DNA from: an uncultured Christensenellaceae bacterium
Lineage (GTDB): Bacteria; Bacillota; Clostridia; Christensenellales; CAG-1252
Length of the DNA stretch: 64,000 nt
Assembly: GCA_964368645.1 (NCBI GenBank)
Contig: CAYJBY010000008.1
Location: forward strand, 47,249 to 111,248
Direction of reading: 5' to 3'
Of this stretch, positions 1-8,882 are shown one piece after another (the stretch's first letter is position 1; each line of letters begins with the position of its first letter). The translations under genes and the position numbers were made by a program. Under the pieces are notes generated by a model, which saw only the letters and a list, made by a program, of their open reading frames with translations, had not been told where the DNA came from and searched no databases.

Positions 1-276
1 ATTGTAATTTTCTCCGCTAAAAGGATTGTTCCAGCCGACGTCAGCGTCGCCGCAAACCATAAGCACTATCGGCGCGTTAAACGCACAGCGCGTTACGGAA
101 CGGATTTTTGCCAAGGCGTTCTCCGATTTCAGCACAAATATTTTTTGGGGCTGAAGATTCTTGGCGGTGGGGGCTAATCTCCCTGCTTCCAAAATCGCGG
201 TCAGCACCTCGTCCTCTATCGGCTTGTCCGAATAATCGCGTACGGAATAGCGTTGCTTTAACAGTTCTTCCAACAT
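1..276 (-). CDS. Nitroreductase family protein, N-terminal 92 codons (gene runs off the window start)
   Basis: Not in the ORF track. Manual reverse translation from ATG at 274-276 gives MLEELLKQRYSVRDYSDKPIEDEVLTAILEAGRLAPTAKNLQPQKIFVLKSENAL..., a typical nitroreductase N-terminus (RxSxRxY, AP[ST]xxNxQP). AGGTGA RBS upstream. Confidence 0.7.
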   Translation of the reverse strand, partial: MLEELLKQRYSVRDYSDKPIEDEVLTAILEAGRLAPTAKNLQPQKIFVLKSENALAKIRSVTRCAFNAPIVLMVCGDADVGWNNPFSGENYN

Positions 277-399
277 ATTTTTCACCTATTTCCTTTTTTT
301 GTTAAGTAACACCTTAGCTACGGTGGTTACTTTTACGCAGTAGCTCAATCTTAGCTACGCTATTGTGATTTCGTCGTTACTTTCTCGAAGTTGTTTTAG

Positions 400-518
400 C
401 TTAGTCAAGTTACCGCAATTACCTCGCCTTAGTCAGTTACGGCAATTACTTTGCCGCGGTTAAGCTATCGCAATTCGCTACCTTTTCGCTTATCGTAATT
501 AATCGCAGTTATTAACCC
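400..518. repeat. Four degenerate tandem units of about 28-31 nt
   Basis: Units are cttagtcaagttaccgcaattacctcgc / cttagtcagttacggcaattactttgccg / cggttaagctatcgcaattcgctaccttttcg / cttatcgtaattaatcgcagttattaaccc. They lie in a non-coding spacer. Confidence 0.6.
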
Positions 519-636
519 TAGCTACACTATGATGACTACTCCGACGAATTTTGCGTTTCCTTAGCTGTGTAATGATTACTGTTTTTGCGAAGTTTGCGCT
601 TCCTTTTGGCTTTTATCAAATCCGCAAAATTTTCCG

Positions 637-2475
637 TTAATCCTCTGCCCTCGGGATAAACAACGTCAAATCGTTAGGCGCGATATCCTCGAACAATCCG
701 TCCAAAGCTATAGGCACTAACACGTTATCGAACAACGTGTACAAATCCACGTCCGTGGTTCCCACGAAAAGCTGTTCGTATTCCTCGTCAAGAGGGGGAA
801 CGTCCGTACCGAAAAGCAGTTTTGGCACTGCCGTTTCTATATCCGTAAAGCCGCCCGACAGGAACAACGCCGCCGCTCTTTTGATAAGTCCGGTATTGTC
901 CAAATGCAGATTTGACAAGGCGGACGGGAAACCGTCTATCGATGACGCCACGCCGATACCGACCTCAACCAGTTTGCTGTTAATCAAATCGAACAGCCCC
1001 TCGCCCAAAAGCTTATCGCGGTCGATATTGAGCTTCGGCAAATTGGGGTACAGCTCCGCTATGCCGTCCGTAAAGTCCTTACCGCCGAACAGCCCGAAAA
1101 GATAGGTTATGGCGTATTTTAGAATTGCGTACTCGGCTGAGTCCGCGGTTATATGCTCGTTGCCCTTAAACATTTCCAGCGCATAATGCACCACCACGTC
1201 CATAATATGGGTGTAATCGCTGGGGGGTATGGTAATATCGTAAGGAGCGAAAGCGGACTCTAAGCTTTCCTGTCCGACCTCTGCGTCCTTGGCGTAAATG
1301 GAAACCTCAAGCAAGGGCTTACCCACCTTGTTAATTGCCAGTCTGATAGTGTCCGCCAACGCGCCTTCTGCGCCTAAAAGTCCAACCAGATACTCCGCGT
1401 CCGTGTATGTGCGCACCTTACCTGCGATACCCGCGCCGAAGTGTTGGGAAGAGTAGGATTGCAAATCGGTAGTAACCTTAGCCTTTTCCTCCGCGCTTAT
1501 CAAAGCAGGCAGATACTTCTCGTCAACCGCAAGTAGGTCGTAGGTGTTAATTTGGTAGCCCTCTTCCTTAACGTCCACAATACGGTAGGAACACTTGCCT
1601 GCCACTGTTGAACAGGTTTCGATATCGTAAACCACGTTGCCGACCTCGTCGGTGTAGGTTTCGATTGCATTGCCGTGGTTATGTCCCGTGAAAAGAAGCT
1701 GAACGCCGGCTTTCGCCATAATCTCCAGAGCCTTTGTCTTGTAATCACCGTCGTTTTTGTCCGCAACTAAGCCGATAATCCCCGGGAAATGGGATACAAA
1801 AGACTGGTGAGTCATTACGATAGGGGTGTCCTCGTCCTCGTTGCAGTCGTCAAGGGCGTTTTGTAGCCAGTTGAGTCTATCCTCGTCCATATACGGCACA
1901 AAGCCGTCTTCCTCGTAATGCTTTACGGAGTCAAGGGCTATTATGCGGACGTCGCCCCTTTCAACGACGTAGCTGTCCGAATTGTCGTCCTTGTCTATTG
2001 CCTCGCTGTAACCGAAGTCGGCAAAAATCTCCTTGAATCTCGCACAGGGAACTCTGTCCTGTTCTAAGGACTCCTCTCTCCCGTCGTGATTTCCGTTGAT
2101 TACGTAAACGTCCTTTCCGCTGTCCTCTATCCGTTTGAGTATCCTTGCGGCGGTGAGCATTGAGGCTTCATCGCCGTCGTCGGCTAGGTCGCCCGCGACC
2201 AAAACATACTCCAGCTTATCCTCGGCGATTATCTTGTCCGCTATGGTGTTAAGGTTGGCAACGGACAGATGCTCCAGCTTATCCACAGAGGAATAAACCG
2301 CGTATTCCGTGGGGGTATCGTAGTAACTCTCGTCCATAATATGGACGTCGGTAAGCACCGCAAAGGAACTGATAAGCTCTTCCTCTTCGGGCTTGTCGCC
2401 GCAGCCGGACAGTCCGAAAGCCGCGCAAAGCGTCACAGCCAATACCGATAAAACAATAAGCCAAACCTTTTTCAT
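637..2475 (-). CDS. Secreted lipoprotein, calcineurin-like metallophosphoesterase with a C-terminal helical domain
   Basis: Start moved to MKKVWLIVLSVLAVTLCAAFGLSGC (lipobox, GGAG RBS). Motifs DVHI, GDLADDG, NGNHD and GHNHGN are present. Confidence 0.8.
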   Translation of the reverse strand: MKKVWLIVLSVLAVTLCAAFGLSGCGDKPEEEELISSFAVLTDVHIMDESYYDTPTEYAVYSSVDKLEHLSVANLNTIADKIIAEDKLEYVLVAGDLADDGDEASMLTAARILKRIEDSGKDVYVINGNHDGREESLEQDRVPCARFKEIFADFGYSEAIDKDDNSDSYVVERGDVRIIALDSVKHYEEDGFVPYMDEDRLNWLQNALDDCNEDEDTPIVMTHQSFVSHFPGIIGLVADKNDGDYKTKALEIMAKAGVQLLFTGHNHGNAIETYTDEVGNVVYDIETCSTVAGKCSYRIVDVKEEGYQINTYDLLAVDEKYLPALISAEEKAKVTTDLQSYSSQHFGAGIAGKVRTYTDAEYLVGLLGAEGALADTIRLAINKVGKPLLEVSIYAKDAEVGQESLESAFAPYDITIPPSDYTHIMDVVVHYALEMFKGNEHITADSAEYAILKYAITYLFGLFGGKDFTDGIAELYPNLPKLNIDRDKLLGEGLFDLINSKLVEVGIGVASSIDGFPSALSNLHLDNTGLIKRAAALFLSGGFTDIETAVPKLLFGTDVPPLDEEYEQLFVGTTDVDLYTLFDNVLVPIALDGLFEDIAPNDLTLFIPRAED

Positions 2476-2558
2476 AATCACTCCATAGGATAAATATACA
2501 TCAATATTACCACAATCAAAAGCCGTTTTCAATAGCGGTTTTTTGATTAATATGCCGT

Positions 2559-3425
2559 TTAGTCGCCGAGTTTTCCCCGTGAATAGCGAAACACTCCCTC
2601 TCTTGCGCCGCGGTAGGCAACGGATAACGCCGCAACCTCAGCCGCTTGAATCAGAGCGTTCTTGAAGTCCAATCCCTTTTGATAACGGAAAAAGCAGTAC
2701 GCTCCGTGATAAACGTCCCCTGCGCCAAGTGTGTCCACTACGTCAACCTTAGGCGGCATAAAGGAGCCTATTTCGCCGTCTTTTTCTCTGTACCTTACCG
2801 CATAACCGCCGTCCGTTTTCGCCAGATTTTTCGTTAAGTCGGCAAGGTCGAATACGTCCTTACCGATATTACTTCCGAAAGCCGCGGACGCAATAACCTC
2901 GTCAGCCTGCTTAAGGCAGTCCATACTGCCGCTTTTTATGCTGCCTGCATCCAGTACGAGGGGAAGCCCCGAAAGGCGTATTGCCGACAAAATCACAGGC
3001 GTAACAGACGGAAGATTGCAGTCGTACATACAAAAAGCTCCGTCCGCAAGCTCCTCCGCCCTAAGGCTAAGCCCCGACGGCAGGGGCGGCTGTCCGCTGA
3101 CGATACCCCGATCGCCGTTGTCGGGGTTGACGATTATCGCCGAACAGTTGACCTCAAGGGGCAAGCCGTCAGCTATGTCCGTCACCGTAACTCCGTATTC
3201 CGCCAGTTCCTTCTTAATCAGCTCCGCTCTGGGCGAGGAACCCAGCACCGTGAAAAGGTGCGACTTACCGCCCAAAAGTGCGTAGGTCACGGCGGCGTTG
3301 GTTGCCGGTCCACCTACGTAGCGTTGATAATCGCCGACCTTGATTTTGCCGTTGGTCGGTGCCTGCTCCGACGTGTAGAATACCGCGTCTTCCGTACAAA
3401 TCCCTATAAAAATTCCGCTTTTCAT
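2559..3425 (-). CDS. PfkB-family carbohydrate kinase (ribokinase-like)
   Basis: 288 aa with the C-terminal DTLGAGDVYHGAY signature of PfkB kinases. Confidence 0.75.
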   Translation of the reverse strand: MKSGIFIGICTEDAVFYTSEQAPTNGKIKVGDYQRYVGGPATNAAVTYALLGGKSHLFTVLGSSPRAELIKKELAEYGVTVTDIADGLPLEVNCSAIIVNPDNGDRGIVSGQPPLPSGLSLRAEELADGAFCMYDCNLPSVTPVILSAIRLSGLPLVLDAGSIKSGSMDCLKQADEVIASAAFGSNIGKDVFDLADLTKNLAKTDGGYAVRYREKDGEIGSFMPPKVDVVDTLGAGDVYHGAYCFFRYQKGLDFKNALIQAAEVAALSVAYRGAREGVFRYSRGKLGD

Positions 3426-3471
3426 AGGGGCATTATACCACCTCTTAGGAGCGTTTTCAAGAGGTCGGACA

Positions 3472-3500
3472 TTGACAAAAGCCGTTTTTAGGGATATAAT
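3472..3500 (+). promoter_or_regulatory. Consensus sigma-A type promoter
   Basis: TTGACA (3472-3477), 17-nt spacer, TATAAT (3495-3500). It sits 65 nt upstream of the 3566 start. Confidence 0.6.
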
Positions 3501-3565
3501 TAACTGAAGGGCGCGAAGGGCGGTCAGCCTGCGTCTTTAATTTTTTGTGATAAGGAGTATTAATT

Positions 3566-4717
3566 ATGGATAAAAATGCGGTTTTTAAGATTAGCTACGG
3601 ACTTTACGTTCTGATGGCAAGGGATACCGACGGCAGAGACGTAGGTTGTATAATCAATACCCTTTCGCAGGTTACAGACTCGCCGCTTCGGGTGAGTATT
3701 ACCGTCAACAAAAACAATTTCACCCACGGCGTTATCGTCAAAACAGGCGTTTTCAACGCCTGCACGCTGTCCACCGAGGCGGATTTTTCGGTGTTTCAGC
3801 GGTTCGGCTTTAAGAGCAGCCGCGACAACGACAAGTTTACAGACTGCCCCGTGGCGGTTCGCGCAGAGAACGGCGTAAGGTACGCGCCCAAGGTTGCCAA
3901 CGGATATATTTCCGCCAAGGTTATTAATACCGTCGATCTCGGCACTCATACCCTTTTCATTGCGGACGTAACGGACGCCAAGGTGCTAAGCGACGCGCCC
4001 TCTATGACCTACGCTTATTACTTCGCCAACGTCAAGCCGAAGCCCTCCAAGGTCAAGACCAAGGGGTGGCGTTGCAGGATTTGCGGATACGTGTACGAGG
4101 GTGAGGAATTGCCCGACAATTTCGTGTGTCCGATTTGCAAGCACGGCGCGGCTGATTTTGAAAAAATCGAGGATACCGAGCCTTCTCTTGACGGCAGTCT
4201 TACAGCCAAGAATCTGGCGGCGGCTTTCGCAGGAGAATCGCAGGCACGGAATAAGTACACATATTTTGCGGAGCAGGCAAGAAAGGACGGCTTTGTGCAT
4301 ATCGCGGAGATTTTTGAGGAAACGGCAGGCAACGAGAGAGAACACGCCAAGCTGTGGTTCAGGTTACTGCACAACGGTATCCCCAAAACCGCGGAAAACT
4401 TGAAAGCCGCCGCCGAGGGCGAAAATTATGAATGGACGGAAATGTACGCGTCCTTTGCCAAGGCGGCAAGAGCGGAGGGCTTCGACAAAATCGCGGAGCT
4501 TTTCGAGGGGGTTGGCAAAATCGAAAAGGATCACGAGGAAAGATACCTTGCCCTGCTCAATAATCTGGAAAAGGGCGAGGTCTTTGTGAAAATCGGCGAG
4601 AATAAATGGCAGTGCATTAACTGCGGCTACGTTTACGAGGGAGAGTCAGCCCCCTCTGTCTGCCCGATTTGTGCCTTCCCTCAGGCTTATTTCAAAATCA
4701 AAGCGGAGAATTATTAA
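3566..4717 (+). CDS. Flavin reductase-like domain + rubredoxin + rubrerythrin fusion protein
   Basis: N-terminal FMN-binding split-barrel-like region, then rubredoxin [12 protein letters not shown]...CPICKHG. A ferritin-like diiron region follows ([12 protein letters not shown], ERxH-type [28 protein letters not shown]). C-terminal CINCGYVY...CPIC. Confidence 0.85.
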   Translation: MDKNAVFKISYGLYVLMARDTDGRDVGCIINTLSQVTDSPLRVSITVNKNNFTHGVIVKTGVFNACTLSTEADFSVFQRFGFKSSRDNDKFTDCPVAVRAENGVRYAPKVANGYISAKVINTVDLGTHTLFIADVTDAKVLSDAPSMTYAYYFANVKPKPSKVKTKGWRCRICGYVYEGEELPDNFVCPICKHGAADFEKIEDTEPSLDGSLTAKNLAAAFAGESQARNKYTYFAEQARKDGFVHIAEIFEETAGNEREHAKLWFRLLHNGIPKTAENLKAAAEGENYEWTEMYASFAKAARAEGFDKIAELFEGVGKIEKDHEERYLALLNNLEKGEVFVKIGENKWQCINCGYVYEGESAPSVCPICAFPQAYFKIKAENY

Positions 4718-4750
4718 TATACGCTGTACTACGAATTCAAAATAGTAACA

Positions 4751-4782
4751 AAAAACCAACCGTTTGTGCGGTTGGTTTTTTT
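4751..4782 (+). terminator. Rho-independent terminator
   Basis: Stem ccaaccg/cggttgg with a 6-nt loop, followed by T7. Confidence 0.75.
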
Positions 4783-4850
4783 CATAAGACGATTTGACCG
4801 TCCGTTTATTGATTAAATCGGGCAATAGTTGCCCTTCCGTGCAGTTGCCG

Positions 4851-5022
4851 TTTTTCCGCTAGGTTACTGCTCCGCCGTAAGTTATAGCTTTTCCGCTAGA
4901 TTACTGCTTTGCCGTAAGTAATCGCTTTTTCGCTAGGTTACTGCTCTGCCGTGCCGTTAGGTTACTGTCTGCCGTAAGGTTAGTGCTCCGCCGTGCCGTT
5001 ATTGCTCCGTTCTTCCGTGCCG
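4851..5022. repeat. Tandem repeat array, 37-38-nt units decaying to a 19-24-nt core (tAGGTTACTGCTCyGCCGTaag), at least 6 copies
   Basis: 4851-4888 and 4889-4925 are near-identical units. Shorter core copies lie at 4933, 4957, 4980 and 4999. The array runs across the stop codon (4980-4982) into the antiporter 3' end. Confidence 0.8.
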
Positions 5023-6398
5023 TCGCCTGCGCCGCTCGGTTGGGTAACTACTTCCGTACCGCCGCATTCAATTGTTTCGGACTCGCTCTGCTCGGTGGGT
5101 AACGCCGTTTCCTCGGAGGGGAATACTATTACCGTTCCGCTTCCTGCGTTGGTCGCTCCGCTTACATCGGGCATAGCCAAGACGGGCGGCTCGTTGCGGT
5201 AAAGCAGTTTTAGCAATATCGGGGCAAGCAGAGAGGACACCAAAATCAAAAGCACCACAAGTACTCTGTATTTTGCGTCCAAAACACCGCCTGCAATACC
5301 CTTTTCGGTGATAATCAACGCCACCTCTCCTCGGGAAATCATACCCACGCCGATACGCAGACTGTCCTTAAAGGAATATCTAAAGCACAGCGCGGTGCCG
5401 CCTGCGCCGATGATTTTGCCTGCGATACCCACCGCCACAAAGCACAGCGCGAACAAAAGAAGACTGCTCGAAAAGCCCTCAAAGGATATTTTCAAGCCGA
5501 TATTCGCAAAGAAAATCGGGGCGAAAAAGGTGTAACTGTTAATCTCAACCTTGCGGTCGATGTATTCGCTTTCGCTCTTGTTGTTCAGCGAGAGAATCAA
5601 GCCAGCCACGTACGCGCCCGTTATGTCCGCCAAGCCGAAAACGCTTTCCGCAAGCCAACTGTACAAAAAGCAGATTGCCAACGCCAGTATGGGAAGTCTG
5701 CGCGTATGAGGGTGCTTCTTTTCCAAGCGGCGGAAGCAGTAATGAATCAATACGCCTAAGCCCACCGCCACTATAAAGAACAGCACTATTTTCAAGAGGG
5801 TTATCCAAGGACTTTCGGCGGCGTTTTCCAGAGAAACCACTATGCTGAGAACGACTATGCCGATTACGTCGTCGATAATCGCCGCCTCGACAATACAGGT
5901 GCCGACCTCGCTTTTCAAAACGCCCAATTCCTTGAGTGTTTCCACCGTGATACCTACGCTGGTAGCGGTTAGAATCGTGCCTACGAACAGGCAACCCAAC
6001 CACTCGTCCGTACCTAGGAACGGTATCGACACGGCAAAGCCTAACGCCAAAGGAAATACCACGCCGCCAAGAGCTATAACAGTCGCCTTAACTCCGCTTT
6101 TTTTCAGGCTTTTGACGTCCGTTTCCAGTCCTGCGCTGAACATTATCAATATAACGCCCACCTCGGCGATTACGTTAAGGACAGAAGAGGATTTGACAAT
6201 GGCAAAACCGCTCCCGTTGATTTCGCCCCATATAGCAGGTCCCAAAATAAGACCTGCCAAAAGGTATCCCACCACCTGCGGCAGCTTCAGCTTACGCATA
6301 AGTAAGCCGACCAGCTTTGTCGTTACCAGTATCACTCCCAGTCCGAACAGTATGTTGTCTATGGACACACCACCGAACATATCCTTTAGAAACTCCAT
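4980..6398 (-). CDS. Cation:proton antiporter (CPA1/CPA2-type Na+/H+ or K+/H+ exchanger) with a low-complexity C-terminal tail
   Basis: 472 aa with about 12 hydrophobic helices in the Kef/NapA style. GGAGG RBS. The last 70 aa or so are hydrophilic and partly encoded by the tandem repeat. Confidence 0.8.
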   Translation of the reverse strand: MEFLKDMFGGVSIDNILFGLGVILVTTKLVGLLMRKLKLPQVVGYLLAGLILGPAIWGEINGSGFAIVKSSSVLNVIAEVGVILIMFSAGLETDVKSLKKSGVKATVIALGGVVFPLALGFAVSIPFLGTDEWLGCLFVGTILTATSVGITVETLKELGVLKSEVGTCIVEAAIIDDVIGIVVLSIVVSLENAAESPWITLLKIVLFFIVAVGLGVLIHYCFRRLEKKHPHTRRLPILALAICFLYSWLAESVFGLADITGAYVAGLILSLNNKSESEYIDRKVEINSYTFFAPIFFANIGLKISFEGFSSSLLLFALCFVAVGIAGKIIGAGGTALCFRYSFKDSLRIGVGMISRGEVALIITEKGIAGGVLDAKYRVLVVLLILVSSLLAPILLKLLYRNEPPVLAMPDVSGATNAGSGTVIVFPSEETALPTEQSESETIECGGTEVVTQPSGAGDGTEERSNNGTAEH

Positions 6399-6424
6399 CT
6401 TAAGCCTCCGTTTGACTCGCGTAT

Positions 6425-6453
6425 ATTATATGCTCCTTTTACTTAAAAGTAAA
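6425..6453 (-). promoter_or_regulatory. Promoter for the antiporter gene
   Basis: On the minus strand: TTTACT, 17 nt, TATAAT. Confidence 0.5.
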
Positions 6454-6544
6454 GGCTTTTCTTTTTTTCGCCGTTATCTTAAAGCATTATCGCACTTTAG
6501 CCTTCTTATCTGTCGTAAGCTCTTCCTTCTATCGGTGCTTACAT

Positions 6545-6594
6545 AAAAAAGGTTGTTCCCACATATTTCACGCAGTAAACAACCCCATTATTAT
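6545..6594 (-). terminator. Rho-independent terminator (minus strand)
   Basis: Stem ggttgtt/aacaacc followed by T6 on the minus strand. It lies about 330 nt downstream of the 6928 stop. Confidence 0.55.
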
Positions 6595-6620
6595 CATAAA
6601 TAATTGCAACCTATAACCCT

Positions 6621-6902
6621 AGCCCGTCACATAATATCGAAACCGTAATTATATTAGTGCCAAGCAGTGTAAAAGCCTAAAGCTTAACGGTATAGCGACC
6701 AAGAATTAACAGAAAGCCGACTAAACCGTCAAAGCCAAGGCACCTTAAACCGATAAAAGCCAAGCCCCACAAGCCCGTCACATAATATAGAAACCGTAGT
6801 TCTGTTAGTGCCAAGCAGTGTAAAAGTCTAAAGCATAACGGTATAGCGACCAAGAATTAACGGAATATCGACTAAGTCTTAACGGTACGCCGACTAAACC
6901 GT
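6621..6902. repeat. Direct duplication with 151-bp period, about 90 bp conserved per copy
   Basis: Copy 1 starts at 6621: agcccgtcacataatatcgaaaccgtaatt...gaccaagaattaac. Copy 2 starts at 6772: agcccgtcacataatatagaaaccgtagtt...gaccaagaattaac. Both end with gccgactaaaccgt. Confidence 0.85.
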
Positions 6903-6927
6903 TTAGATTGCTTAAGCTACCGCAATA

Positions 6928-7635
6928 TCAGTTTTGGGAAAGCGAGGATAATATTTCCGTGACAAGTTCGGTTTTTTTGCAAAATTCACGGATTTTGATA
7001 TCCATTTCCTGCGTAACAGGCGTACCCATAATACATTTGAAAAACTGACCGAAGTCCTCCTGCTTTTCCTTGTAATTGGTTGCCTCGTACACCTGTTCCT
7101 TAAAGGCTTTTTTCCTTTCGTCCGTTAAAGAGGAAGCGTAGATATAATCCGTAATTCTATCCACCCAAACGTCCGCCTGACGGCACTTGCTTTCAAGGTT
7201 CAGCATATCCACGTCCGAAGCCAGTTCCTTGCCCTCGGCAATCAGTCTTTCCAGCTCGTCGTCGGTGATAAAGTTACGTGCGATAAAGTCTATCTCCACC
7301 AACGCGCCCTTGGGTATTGCCGCTTCGATACAGCTACGGGCAGGGTTGCCCGTAAAGTACTCCGCGTAAACCTCGTTAAAGCTCTTAAAATCACCCAAAT
7401 CCGCTAGAAAACAGGTCGTCTTGACTACCTTGGTCAAGTCCATTCCCGCGGCGTTTAACACCGCTTGGATATTCTTGCACACCTGCGCCGTCTGCAACTC
7501 GATACCCTCGGGTATTAAGCCGCTTTTGGGATCGATAGGCACCTGACCTGAGCCGAAAAGCCACCCGTCAATCTCTATCGCCTGAGAATAAGGTCCTATC
7601 GCATCGGGAGCGTCAGTCGTAATAATTCTTCTCAT
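6928..7635 (-). CDS. RidA/YjgF-family (reactive intermediate deaminase) domain fused to an uncharacterised C-terminal domain of about 110 aa
   Basis: N-terminus APDAIGPYSQAIEIDGWLFGSGQVPIDP...TTCFLADLGDFKSFNEVY...ARSCIEAAIPKGALVEID is canonical RidA. Residues from about 125 to 235 are unrecognised. Confidence 0.75.
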   Translation of the reverse strand: MRRIITTDAPDAIGPYSQAIEIDGWLFGSGQVPIDPKSGLIPEGIELQTAQVCKNIQAVLNAAGMDLTKVVKTTCFLADLGDFKSFNEVYAEYFTGNPARSCIEAAIPKGALVEIDFIARNFITDDELERLIAEGKELASDVDMLNLESKCRQADVWVDRITDYIYASSLTDERKKAFKEQVYEATNYKEKQEDFGQFFKCIMGTPVTQEMDIKIREFCKKTELVTEILSSLSQN

Positions 7636-7655
7636 AATTCACCTCGCTGTTACGC

Positions 7656-8507
7656 CTAAACGTAAACCAAAACCATACCTACCAACAAGCCTATTAAAAT
7701 TGCGAAAGCAGGGAGCTTAGACCGCCACATCAAAATCGCCTCGGGCAGCAGCTCGCCGAATACTACGTACAGCATTGCGCCGCTGGCAAACGCCAAGGAT
7801 ATTATCAAGCCCAAACTGCCGACACTGCCTATGCCGTAACCTATCATTGCGCCGATTACAGTAGGTGCGCCGCTCAACGCCGTTACCGCCATTGCCTTAA
7901 GCGGTTTCATTCCGCCCGAAATCAGCGGTACGGATACTGCCATACCCTCCGGAATGTTGTGAAGTCCTATGGTTATCGCAAGCACCAAGCCGCTGGAAGC
8001 TACCCAAGTATCCGCGCCGACGTACGCCGCGCCGATTACCATACCCTCGGGAATATTGTGGAGAGCAATAGCGCAAGCCATAATTATGCCTGCAACGAAA
8101 AGTCCGTCCTTTTCCTTACGGTGCTCGGCTAAGTGGTCGCTGTGTATCAGCTCGTCCAAGTCGTCTGCCGTCTCGGGGTGATCCACCTCGCCTTTTTGCT
8201 TTTTGACGTGGTTGGTGCGCTTGTCTATCAGGACGTTAAGCCCGTAAACGACGCCGTAACCCACCAGCACCACCGCCACTGCGATAAAAAGATTGGAAAT
8301 CTGTATCTCGCCGCCTGTGGGATTAACCGCCTCGACCAACAGGTCAAAGCAAACCACGGCAAGCATAACGCCTGCCGCAAAGCTCAAAAGCAGGCTGACG
8401 ACCTTACTGCTGTCCTTGCGCAGAACCGCGCCGATTACGCCGCCTAAACCCGTGCCGCCGATACCTGCTATTGCGGTAACTAATACTATCCAACCGAATG
8501 TGCTCAT
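7656..8507 (-). CDS. ZIP-family divalent metal (zinc) transporter
   Basis: Two HNIPEGM motifs, a His/Asp-rich cytoplasmic loop and 8 predicted TM segments. Confidence 0.8.
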   Translation of the reverse strand: MSTFGWIVLVTAIAGIGGTGLGGVIGAVLRKDSSKVVSLLLSFAAGVMLAVVCFDLLVEAVNPTGGEIQISNLFIAVAVVLVGYGVVYGLNVLIDKRTNHVKKQKGEVDHPETADDLDELIHSDHLAEHRKEKDGLFVAGIIMACAIALHNIPEGMVIGAAYVGADTWVASSGLVLAITIGLHNIPEGMAVSVPLISGGMKPLKAMAVTALSGAPTVIGAMIGYGIGSVGSLGLIISLAFASGAMLYVVFGELLPEAILMWRSKLPAFAILIGLLVGMVLVYV

Positions 8508-8516
8508 AATATGTCC

Positions 8517-8867
8517 TTAGCCGTCTATCTCCGAATATTCGGAATTATCGGCAGAAGTATTGTCTTCCTCAATAATTAGTATTTTCGCGTCACGGCTCAT
8601 ATTAACGCAGTGCCATACGCCCTGTTTTACATTGTAAACCTTGCAAAGCTCCATTGGCAACCGCTTTTTGTCCTTACCTATAAGTAATTGAGCCGAGCCC
8701 TTAAGTAGAACAAAAACCTCGTCGGTTAGAAGGTGACGTTCCGCTCTGGCGGCGATATTTTCGTCCTGCGTTTCACCGTAATTAAGAAAGGCAACGCGCC
8801 AAGACTTAAAACTCATAACAGGTTGGTAATCCGAACCCTCGTAGCACAATACTTCAACACCGTCCAT
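8517..8867 (-). CDS. Small cupin-fold-like protein, function unknown
   Basis: 116 aa with a GGAGG RBS, tightly packed in the operon. The beta-rich sequence (VFVLLKGSAQLLIG...VWHCV) suggests a cupin, which is a weak call. Confidence 0.45.
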   Translation of the reverse strand: MDGVEVLCYEGSDYQPVMSFKSWRVAFLNYGETQDENIAARAERHLLTDEVFVLLKGSAQLLIGKDKKRLPMELCKVYNVKQGVWHCVNMSRDAKILIIEEDNTSADNSEYSEIDG

Positions 8868-8882
8868 AACAGCCTCCGATCG

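Noticed and set aside
4851-5022. A possible CRISPR array, considered for this and the other tandem repeats (400-518, 21528-21659, 48446-48493).
   Set aside because: The repeats are contiguous and degenerate with no unique spacers of constant length. No cas genes are in the window.
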